From positions 1 through 64,000 of the IMG/VR virus record IMGVR_UViG_3300011867_000002: a stretch of DNA of 64,000 nucleotides; one strand, given 5' to 3'. Under the pieces are notes generated by a model. The model saw only the letters and a list, made by a program, of their open reading frames with translations, searched no databases and had not been told where the DNA came from. A program made the position numbers and the translations under genes. Below are positions 18,441 to 26,032 of the stretch, one piece after another. The stretch comes from an uncultured virus (IMG/VR IMGVR_UViG_3300011867_000002) (taxonomy: Duplodnaviria; Heunggongvirae; Uroviricota; Caudoviricetes). Numbering within the stretch: the stretch's first letter is position 1; every line of letters starts with the position of its first letter.

Positions 18441-18878
18441 TTACAGTTGAATGAAGTCGACGCCGACTGGAATGAGGTTTTCGACGACACCGTTGACGAT
18501 GTCATCGTTAAGGTAAAACGCACGGATACGAAAACCGTATTCCCCACGTTCGACAGTGCCGTTATCGATCATCGACTGGACACGGCGACCCAGCACAGTC
18601 TCGTTGAGGTAGAGATCGGCGACGATACCTTTTTCCGTGAGTTTGAAGTTCTTCGCGAACAAGATAGCCTTGGTCTCGTCGATACGGAGGTACCGCGGCA
18701 CGTCTTTGTTAATGATCACTTTGGGTGAATCGAATTCGCCAGAAACAAACGGGCGTTTATTCAACAAATTCACCGCGTTAGTCAGTGCCGCTTCGCTGAA
18801 CCTGTGTCCCGCAGGGTTAGGGGTATTGGCAGGTGCGCTTACTTGAATGGCGTAAAACGTTTTTTTCTCTGTATTCAT
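18441..18878 (-). CDS. Hypothetical protein with weak prohead-protease-like motifs
   Basis: [24 protein letters not shown] echo T4 gp21-type protease motifs. Confidence 0.6.
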   Translation of the reverse strand: MNTEKKTFYAIQVSAPANTPNPAGHRFSEAALTNAVNLLNKRPFVSGEFDSPKVIINKDVPRYLRIDETKAILFAKNFKLTEKGIVADLYLNETVLGRRVQSMIDNGTVERGEYGFRIRAFYLNDDIVNGVVENLIPVGVDFIQL

Positions 18879-18887
18879 TTTCTTCCT

Positions 18888-19652
18888 TCAGGTCGATGCG
18901 AATGCCAAGCCGCCTGAAAGATAGGCTGCCGTGCGGAGTTGGTACAATTGCGATGCCAAGCTAAGTTCCGGCTTGGATGTATAGCGGAAATGGCTCAACA
19001 GTTGAACGTCTTCAACAGACATGTGCTTTTTCGACATGGCAAGCGCAAACGGTTTCAGGCGCGCCACGGAAAAACCGGCACGCAGGTCCCTTCGTTGGAG
19101 TGGCCACCAGTTTGGCACCGCACTTTGCGCGACGAACATTTCGCGGTAGTGGGCCGTCAATTCTTGCCGCCCGATTTTCTTGATGTAGGTGGCTTGTCGC
19201 AGCATGAACTGTATGGAAGACTTCTTGATGCAGTTCACCCAGTTGTCCCAACCGATACCATTATTTGCGCCGACCCAATGGTCGACGATGATGTTGACAC
19301 GTTCCTGTATCCAGTCCAGATAGCCGCGCGGCTTCCAGAGACGAATGGGCGTTGGTTTGCCATTGGGTTTCTTTGGTGCCGGCAGGATATACACCGTGTT
19401 ACTGAAATAGACTTCGTTGAAGTCGTATTCGTAATTGCCGTTGTAACGGTTGCGTGCCGTAATGAAATCATCGGCGAACAGGTGATGGTCGCGCATCAGT
19501 TCCAGTCCCTCGTCACGCGTTATCTTCTTCCAGCTGAGTGCGTACTTCTGGCCGAGGATGGATGGTACGACTTTGCCATGTCCACGGATCGATGGGACAC
19601 CACCCAAGAGTTCGATTTCAGTTGGGTGGCGAATTTCAATCGCTTTAAACAC
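18888..19652 (-). CDS. Hypothetical protein
   Basis: GTG start VFKAIE after a purine-rich RBS. Confidence 0.7.
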   Translation of the reverse strand: MFKAIEIRHPTEIELLGGVPSIRGHGKVVPSILGQKYALSWKKITRDEGLELMRDHHLFADDFITARNRYNGNYEYDFNEVYFSNTVYILPAPKKPNGKPTPIRLWKPRGYLDWIQERVNIIVDHWVGANNGIGWDNWVNCIKKSSIQFMLRQATYIKKIGRQELTAHYREMFVAQSAVPNWWPLQRRDLRAGFSVARLKPFALAMSKKHMSVEDVQLLSHFRYTSKPELSLASQLYQLRTAAYLSGGLAFAST

Positions 19653-19674
19653 GTTCTTTTCCCTTTCTTTTGAA

Positions 19675-20232
19675 TTAGTAAAAGTACGGTAACGAAACAT
19701 GGTTCCGTTTGCCAGTACACAAGTCCCAGGTATTCTTGGTGCCACCATCCGCAGGAACATCGCCTTCGCCGAAGGTGTAGGCCCACATTTCGTTCACCAC
19801 CGAGACTTTCTTGTTGCGGGCGAACATGCCACCCAGTCCCGGTGAAGCTGGTTCGCAGTCAATAATGATCCGCGAGTCACCTGCTAGTGCTCGCTGGATG
19901 AGTTCGTTGATCTGGCCCAAGGTATCACGCCCGATGACTTGGCTAAACAGGCGGTGGTAGTAGTTCGCAATCGCCCCCGCACTCTTGTGGCCGCTCTCAA
20001 CAAACTGTCCGTTTTCAAATGGTGCAGGCAAATGCAAACGGATCGATTTACCGTGACCAAACAAAAACAACGAGACGGCTACGTGGTCAGCCCATGCTGC
20101 GCCACCGGACACTAGGTCAGCGTCGACGGGAATATTCATCCGAGCATGGTGCACCATCCATTTGTAGAGGTGCAGCCCCATGGGTTTGGTCTTGTCTCGG
20201 CCAGCTGTTCCGATAATTGCAACAGTCGTCAT
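19675..20232 (-). CDS. SLOG-superfamily (DprA/YspA-like) protein
   Basis: AIIGTAGR, LVSGGAAWADH, ARN, GGT motifs. Confidence 0.7.
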   Translation of the reverse strand: MTTVAIIGTAGRDKTKPMGLHLYKWMVHHARMNIPVDADLVSGGAAWADHVAVSLFLFGHGKSIRLHLPAPFENGQFVESGHKSAGAIANYYHRLFSQVIGRDTLGQINELIQRALAGDSRIIIDCEPASPGLGGMFARNKKVSVVNEMWAYTFGEGDVPADGGTKNTWDLCTGKRNHVSLPYFY

Positions 20233-20288
20233 GGCTTTCTCCTTAAAGGTATCAATAGGTGTGTCAAGCCAATAAACTTTGACAGCGC

Positions 20289-20320
20289 GCCATAAAAGAG
20301 AGGCCGAAGCCTCTCCTCTT
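20289..20320 (-). terminator. Intrinsic terminator
   Basis: GAGAGGC-CGAA-GCCTCTC hairpin plus A-run. Confidence 0.7.
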
Positions 20321-20855
20321 ACTTGCGCTTCTTCGGGCGGTCTTTCGACAGGAATTCCTGGATGTGGCGGTACACCTTGAACACGATCAGCGGACTGATC
20401 GAGATACCGTCCACTTCGCCCGTTTCCAGTTCGTCGGTTTGACGCAGCGCGACTTCCACCATCATCGCCTCAACAGGCGACAGGTAACGCTTTTTGGTAT
20501 CGCCATTATTGACCCGGATGGCAGCGGCGTTCAGTGCAAGAATTGCGTCGTCCATGTTGCCGTACATCTCTTTCAAGATGTCTTCCGGAATCCCGTCGTA
20601 GAGATGGTTCACGACGGCGACGAACTCTTGGCCGACATACAGACGCAACTGAATCTGGTACCAGCCGTAATCATCGCCTTCGTATTTGCGCAGGTCGTCC
20701 AGCGCTTTCCAAGGACGCAGGCGCAGGAGACGTTTGTTGTCTTCTTCAGCTTCCTTGGTTTGTTCGGGTGACATGACCACTGACAGATTGCCAGCCGGGC
20801 GGCGGATAAAGTCATATGCGGATTGTTGCGGTGCTGCTTTCTTCTTCGTGCTCAT
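20319..20855 (-). CDS. Hypothetical protein
   Basis: 178-aa ORF. Confidence 0.7.
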   Translation of the reverse strand: MSTKKKAAPQQSAYDFIRRPAGNLSVVMSPEQTKEAEEDNKRLLRLRPWKALDDLRKYEGDDYGWYQIQLRLYVGQEFVAVVNHLYDGIPEDILKEMYGNMDDAILALNAAAIRVNNGDTKKRYLSPVEAMMVEVALRQTDELETGEVDGISISPLIVFKVYRHIQEFLSKDRPKKRK

Positions 20856-20872
20856 TCTTTGTGTTCTTTCTT

Positions 20873-21124
20873 TTATGCGCCTGCTACGTATTTCATTGGA
20901 TCGTTGTCACCACCGATGCGGTTAGCTGCATCGCGGGCACGTTCGTTGTTGACTTCCATGCGCCCGATCAGCCGTTCGAGCATGCGGTGAGCTTCAGCGC
21001 ATTGGCTGGCTGCTGCGCGCAGCTGTGGCTCCGTGAAGAGTTCGTCGTTGTCTTCAGCGATGATATCCGTGACCGCGCGGACGTGCCCACGGATACCTTT
21101 CATCATGCGTTTTTCTTTTTCCAT
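20873..21124 (-). CDS. Small hypothetical protein
   Basis: 83-aa ORF in operon. Confidence 0.6.
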   Translation of the reverse strand: MEKEKRMMKGIRGHVRAVTDIIAEDNDELFTEPQLRAAASQCAEAHRMLERLIGRMEVNNERARDAANRIGGDNDPMKYVAGA

Positions 21125-21140
21125 TGTATCGGGTACCTTT

Positions 21141-21443
21141 CTAAAGTTCCTTCACAGACAAGGTCTTGCCAAACAGCGACCAGTCCACGTTTTTCAGTTT
21201 CTTGGCAAGGACAGCGTTACTCGCAATCTCCTTTTCCAGTTTGGCTGCGTATTCCTGCAAGGCCAGATTCTCACCCCGCCGCAGCCGGGCTGCGTACGTA
21301 CCGTAACCCGCAGGGATTGCGATATCACAGCTGAACTTCTGACCCTTCAAGAGGATGTGGCCACCCTCGGCATTCTTGATACTGATTTCCAGCTTGAGAC
21401 GAAACGTAGTAGCTTCTGCTTTGGTAGCGACTTCAGTGGACAT
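21141..21443 (-). CDS. Hypothetical protein
   Basis: Start MSTEVAT. Confidence 0.6.
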   Translation of the reverse strand: MSTEVATKAEATTFRLKLEISIKNAEGGHILLKGQKFSCDIAIPAGYGTYAARLRRGENLALQEYAAKLEKEIASNAVLAKKLKNVDWSLFGKTLSVKEL

Positions 21444-21518
21444 GGCTTCTCTTTCAGGAGGATGCGATGAATAGGACCAACTACATAATGGCCCTATCTT
21501 CAATAGCGACTTACTACC

Positions 21519-21779
21519 CTAGCTAAACGAAAACTGTTTGATTTCCAACTTCCACGAGGCTTGCCAAGTTCTGGAGTTGGCCGTCAAGCCAGCGATGAAA
21601 TGCTGGATAAAGCGCAACTCCGCCATCTGGCGAATCCGCGTACTGAGCAACACAGGGTGATCCCAGGTATGGGGTTCTGGATACGTGGTACACACGTACT
21701 CGCTGGGCGTCTCAACGACGTTACCTGTTTCCTGACAAACAATTTGGACTTGAATGTTCGCTCTGTACGACGACTGCAT
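21519..21779 (-). CDS. Small hypothetical protein
   Basis: 86-aa ORF, AGGG RBS. Confidence 0.55.
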   Translation of the reverse strand: MQSSYRANIQVQIVCQETGNVVETPSEYVCTTYPEPHTWDHPVLLSTRIRQMAELRFIQHFIAGLTANSRTWQASWKLEIKQFSFS

Positions 21780-21811
21780 GTGTTTCCCCTAGTTCATTGT
21801 GGTATTGTTGT

Positions 21812-22180
21812 TTACTGTTTCTCTTCCATCAGCGTGCGGAAAGCCTCCTCGTCGCCATCGAGATACTTGAACGTCGTATTCGCTATTTTCTCGACGCCGG
21901 ATTCATCGTCGATGAAGATGATGTTTTTCATTTCTTCTTTGTGCGCGCTACCATACGAGAACACGTACGTGGAATGCAGTCCTTCCGGCATGTAACTGGA
22001 AATGACGACCTTGCGGTCTCCCGAAATCGTCATCAACGAAATGGCGCTCTGGAACTGTCCGTTCAGCCGGATAGCACCTGGCGCGATCATCAAGACGCGG
22101 TCGCTCGATACGTTCAGCTGTTCGATATGGTCAGCTATCCGCAGCGCCAATGCCAGTTGGCCAGTTTTTATGATCTTCAT
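21812..22180 (-). CDS. Hypothetical protein, probable paralog family B
   Basis: C-terminal IANTTFKYLDG. Confidence 0.65.
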   Translation of the reverse strand: MKIIKTGQLALALRIADHIEQLNVSSDRVLMIAPGAIRLNGQFQSAISLMTISGDRKVVISSYMPEGLHSTYVFSYGSAHKEEMKNIIFIDDESGVEKIANTTFKYLDGDEEAFRTLMEEKQ

Positions 22181-22182
22181 GC

Positions 22183-22587
22183 TTATTCCCCTTCGCCGCC
22201 GAGTACCGTCGGCTTGACGCCGCACATGAGGAAGTTCACGAGGCGCCAGATGAATAGTCTAAACTGGTGTGTGTCGTGAAGATGAATCGTATCGGTTTCG
22301 ACGTGTTTGTCACGTTCCGTCAAATGGTCGTCTTCTTCTTTCGTGACCATCGCGTATTGCACCGAGATACGGCCATGTTCGTCATCCTTGGCGATCAGGT
22401 AGACACGGTACTGGCCATCGTCACTGACAATGACAGCGCCGACGACGTCGTTATCGTTATCGTCTTTCAAGTCGATTGCTCGGATTTCAGCATCGCGATC
22501 AGACGGAATCTCGTTTAAGAGCGGATTGTAAATCTGGGCGATCAAACGGAAGATGGGTGAGGCATACAAACGTTTTTCGTAGCGCAT
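22183..22587 (-). CDS. Hypothetical protein, paralog family B
   Basis: C-terminal IWRLVNFLMCG; GAGG RBS. Confidence 0.7.
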   Translation of the reverse strand: MRYEKRLYASPIFRLIAQIYNPLLNEIPSDRDAEIRAIDLKDDNDNDVVGAVIVSDDGQYRVYLIAKDDEHGRISVQYAMVTKEEDDHLTERDKHVETDTIHLHDTHQFRLFIWRLVNFLMCGVKPTVLGGEGE

Positions 22588-22641
22588 AGTTTTTTCCTCT
22601 TCTTTAAGTTAGTTTCTATGAGACACCGTTTAGTGCTCCCT

Positions 22642-22670
22642 CGGATGATATGTGGCTGAAGTTTTTTCTA
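22642..22670 (-). promoter_or_regulatory. Putative early promoter, class I
   Basis: AAAAAACTTCAGCCACATATCATC. Confidence 0.55.
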
Positions 22671-22726
22671 ATTTCTTTTATGCCGGACAAAAAAAAAAAT
22701 AATGGACCAGCTACGGCCCATTATTC

Positions 22727-23236
22727 TTAAAACGGAACGAGATCGTCGTCCGTCTCATCGTCCGTCAAATCCTTCTCCCGTACACCCACATCGTAACTGG
22801 CGGCGATTTCAGGCTCTCTATGAATCACATCACGTATTAGTACCAAATCGTTGTTGAAGGTCAACTGCAAGACATGGTACTCACGCATGAATGGGCTACC
22901 ATACACGCCATGTGCTACTAACTTACGCCAGATGGCTTCACCGATATTGACGATGGCTTTTTCAATCGGTTTGACTTCATCTGGCGGGATCGGCGCATTT
23001 TTGTGGATCGTGCCTTGGGCTAACAAGGTAAAGATTTCAGGGCACTTGGCCTTGAACTGCATGACCTTGATCATCTCGTTGAAGAGTAACTCCAAGTCGA
23101 TACCCGACGAATACAAACATTCACCGTAAGCGTGCACCGTCTCATTGATGTTAAAGATGAGAACGGTCGGCGGGGTCTTATCAGAAGTGGACGGCTCGGG
23201 ATTGGTCGCGAAGTAGGGGGCGAGCTTGCTGAACAT
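22727..23236 (-). CDS. Hypothetical protein, paralog family A
   Basis: PPTVLIFN...IGEAIWRKLVAHGVYG; AGGAG RBS. Confidence 0.7.
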   Translation of the reverse strand: MFSKLAPYFATNPEPSTSDKTPPTVLIFNINETVHAYGECLYSSGIDLELLFNEMIKVMQFKAKCPEIFTLLAQGTIHKNAPIPPDEVKPIEKAIVNIGEAIWRKLVAHGVYGSPFMREYHVLQLTFNNDLVLIRDVIHREPEIAASYDVGVREKDLTDDETDDDLVPF

Positions 23237-23609
23237 AATCACTCCTTTGTAACACAATGCAGTTAAAGTCATTCGTCCGGGGTTCGCGATAACGGTAAGG
23301 CAAGGTACCGTGATGGTCGTACAAGTTATGGTGCACGACACTTTCCATTAAGAGTTCACCCAAGTCTTGGATGAAGGTAATCACGGCACCATCGACGTAC
23401 ATTGCGTAACGATGGTCGAAGTCGTTGACTATCATGCTAAATAGCAGGGAATCGAGACGACTGGTAGCGCGGCGCGCATGGCGTAGACAAGTTACGACTT
23501 CAGCGACCATTTCGTCAGGAAAATCGATGGGCTTTCCTGACTGTGCTGCATGTTGCCGAAACGCTTTCATCAAGCGCTCGGTATCGAGCACGACGACAGT
23601 AGGGCACAT
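23181..23609 (-). CDS. Hypothetical protein, paralog family A
   Basis: MCPTVVVLD...LGELLMESVVHHNLYD; AGGAG RBS. Confidence 0.7.
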   Translation of the reverse strand: MCPTVVVLDTERLMKAFRQHAAQSGKPIDFPDEMVAEVVTCLRHARRATSRLDSLLFSMIVNDFDHRYAMYVDGAVITFIQDLGELLMESVVHHNLYDHHGTLPYRYREPRTNDFNCIVLQRSDYVQQARPLLRDQSRAVHF

Positions 23610-23693
23610 AGTTTTCTCCTTCTTCTCTACAAGATGATTCAAGTCGGTATTTTTCACCTCCCGGCATAAAGCCCACCCGTAGGTGGGCAGGTA

Positions 23694-24068
23694 TTACGCT
23701 TCGACAATTTCACCCATGTTCGACACCACTTGGATGGCACGATCATCATAGAGGACAATCATGCCGGGGTCTTTCTTGCAGGTGACAGTCAGTGCTTGGC
23801 CGAGGATATTTGCAGTCCATCGGGTAATCATTTCACGCTGAACTTCGTTGGCTGCTTCGTTCTCGCTACCAACACGAGCGGTCATGATGCGCACTTCGAC
23901 ACCTTCATCCAGCATGCGCTTTACAAACGACACCATCTTTTCAATGGGCGGTCCAATCTTGTCCACACCATCGCCACTATTGTAGTAAGCGAGCGTACCA
24001 TCCAGATCGACACCGACCCAGCCTTTCTTCAGTCCTGTTTCTTCGAGTGCCATACGTAGATGGTTCAT
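23694..24068 (-). CDS. HAD-family phosphatase (polynucleotide kinase phosphatase-like)
   Basis: VDLDGTLA motif I, TAR motif II, K, YDD motif IV. Confidence 0.85.
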   Translation of the reverse strand: MNHLRMALEETGLKKGWVGVDLDGTLAYYNSGDGVDKIGPPIEKMVSFVKRMLDEGVEVRIMTARVGSENEAANEVQREMITRWTANILGQALTVTCKKDPGMIVLYDDRAIQVVSNMGEIVEA

Positions 24069-24090
24069 GTATTATTCCTTTACTGTGCGG

Positions 24091-24119
24091 AAAAAAGGAC
24101 CACCCCGAAGGGTGTCCTT
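24091..24119 (-). terminator. Intrinsic terminator closing the ncRNA candidate
   Basis: AAGGACACCC-UUCG-GGGUGGUCCUUUUUU. Confidence 0.8.
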
Positions 24120-24120
24120 G

Positions 24121-24845
24121 AATCAATGGTAGCCGTGGTCGAAAACTCCATTGAGATGCTGGACGCATCCAGTAGTATCCTCTCGACTAATCTTCACCTC
24201 CCCGCTCGGCGGGGCATCCCAGTCGATGAAGTCTACAGTCTCTGCGGGTTCAGTGACTGGCCTTGCGGCATGGAGACGATACTAGCGGCTGCACACAGAA
24301 CGAAGACCGCGACAGGTGCGATCGTAGGCACCCCCTCCTTGCGGTTAAGGGTGCGCTATGTTCTTGCCATCGACACCGCTGGTAAGGGCGATATGTCAGG
24401 CAATGTACAACTAACCGTATTGATGGTTTCCAATCACCACTACGGCCGTACGGATTTACGAGGCTGGAAACCCCGAGCGATTTACCCCGTCCAGAGGGAC
24501 GGAGGACACAAGTCCGTAACGCATGCATGCTACAAGACGAAGCACTCTACTCTAGTTATTTCAGTGGAAGGGACACCTAGTAACTAGCAGAAGCAATCCC
24601 AGAGCAACTTCGGGAGCCTTCGTCTTTCGTGGGGTCTTCCCCAATCATCTTGTCTCCAGTGCTGGATACACTGGCGTCGCACCCATAACGTCTATCACGG
24701 AACACGCCGTGGCGTTACAGTTTACGCACAACGAAGATGACTCCGGCTTTCACGGATCATCAGGTAGCGAGGAATTAGCGGGTATAGTTCATTGTCGGTC
24801 CCTTTATGTTCGTTAAGGAAAACCGGTTTGCCTCTACTAACATAC
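24121..24845 (-). ncRNA. Candidate large (~720 nt) structured noncoding RNA
   Basis: No credible ORF in a gene-dense genome; more than a dozen local and long-range helices; GCAA/GAAA loops on the minus strand; TATG promoter-like site upstream and terminator downstream. Confidence 0.7.
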
Positions 24846-24886
24846 CATACAGCGTTGCCAAGTAAAAAGTTACATTACTGCTGTGC

Positions 24887-25198
24887 TTACTTCATGTGGT
24901 CCGGTCGTGCTCGGATAGCCTTCAAGAGTTCGTCCGATTCCCGGATTTGAATGTAATCGTCGAACTTACCAAACACATCAGGGTGGCTGGCTTCTTGGGT
25001 GATCGAGACACTCAGTTGTGAAGCACGGGCATCGAGCACGAGTGCGTAGGCACGCTCCTGGATTTCTTCTAAGCTACAGATCGTGCCTCGTTTGGCTTCC
25101 CGAGTGCATTCAATGCGTTCTGCTTCTTTCTTACCGTGCGGCGTCAGAAACAGACTGATGTACACGAACAGTGGCTTAACGAACTTCTTAATTGCCAT
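24887..25198 (-). CDS. Hypothetical protein
   Basis: 103-aa ORF overlapping the queC-like stop, AGGAG RBS. Confidence 0.65.
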   Translation of the reverse strand: MAIKKFVKPLFVYISLFLTPHGKKEAERIECTREAKRGTICSLEEIQERAYALVLDARASQLSVSITQEASHPDVFGKFDDYIQIRESDELLKAIRARPDHMK

Positions 25199-25967
25199 CG
25201 GTAATTACTCCTTCTGCAAATGGTTCTTCGATGAGCAACAATTCCTCGGACTCATCCTTCCTCTTTATGTTGCGCATCTTTTCAATGAAATGGTGGCTAT
25301 ACGGTGCACCGTACTTTTTCTGGTACATGTGGAAGGTGCCGGCGCTAGTGATACAGGCCGCACATTTTCCGCAGGATTTCAAGGTACCGCCAGCACCATC
25401 GTCCCAGTGGAGTTTTTTGCCGTCCCGCCACCATTCGGGAATTTCGCACACCCAAACGTGTTGGACAGCGCGCACATCGATCTGGTGCAAGATATCGACC
25501 TTTCGCTCCACCTTCAATGGAAAGACGACAGGAATTGATCCTTGCTTTGCAAACATCTGGATGTTATCCCACGTGTTGGCGATATACGGAATGTGACAGG
25601 CGATCTGGTCCCCGGCGACATACCCGATGGCCAGTTCAGAGTGACGGGTGTGATCCGACACTTGGAGCGCACCGATAATCCACATGGGGGCTTGCAAGAA
25701 ACCTCGATCCGGCATGTCACCCCCAAAGAGATGGCCAAGCTCAACTTTATGGTCCCGCAGCACATGGTTGCCGGTTTTCTTTTCTAAGGCTTTGATAATC
25801 TTGCGGCGCGCCGCCAACTCTTTGGCGATCTTGTCTGGCCCTTGCGATCCTTTCACATAGAGGACCTCCACATCGCCTTTTTCCAAATAAGTCTGGAGCA
25901 TGTACGTAGAATCCAGGCCGCCCGAGAACAACATCAAGGGGACTTTCTTTTCTTCTTCTCTTTTCAT
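25188..25967 (-). CDS. QueC-like PP-loop ATPase
   Basis: LMLFSGGLDS PP-loop; WVCE...CGKCAAC zinc motif. Confidence 0.8.
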   Translation of the reverse strand: MKREEEKKVPLMLFSGGLDSTYMLQTYLEKGDVEVLYVKGSQGPDKIAKELAARRKIIKALEKKTGNHVLRDHKVELGHLFGGDMPDRGFLQAPMWIIGALQVSDHTRHSELAIGYVAGDQIACHIPYIANTWDNIQMFAKQGSIPVVFPLKVERKVDILHQIDVRAVQHVWVCEIPEWWRDGKKLHWDDGAGGTLKSCGKCAACITSAGTFHMYQKKYGAPYSHHFIEKMRNIKRKDESEELLLIEEPFAEGVITDGN

Positions 25968-26032
25968 TTCTTTTTCTTTCTTGAATAAAGCCCGCTACCG
26001 ATCGGTAGCGGGTCTATGCCGAGTAGGCGAGG

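Noticed and set aside
24121..24150. tRNA-like UUCGA...ACCA near the 3' end of the RNA candidate
   Set aside because: No T-arm stem or cloverleaf can be drawn.
24060..24587. 175-aa plus-strand ORF and 92-aa minus-strand ORF (24250-24528) within the RNA candidate
   Set aside because: No RBS or motifs. The plus ORF opposes all local transcription and crosses a terminator. Base-pairing explains the region better.
24735..24763. CUGAUGA...GAAA hammerhead-like words on the minus strand
   Set aside because: Only 5 nt separate the two words, so no stem II forms, and GAUGA pairs with UCAUC in a simple hairpin.
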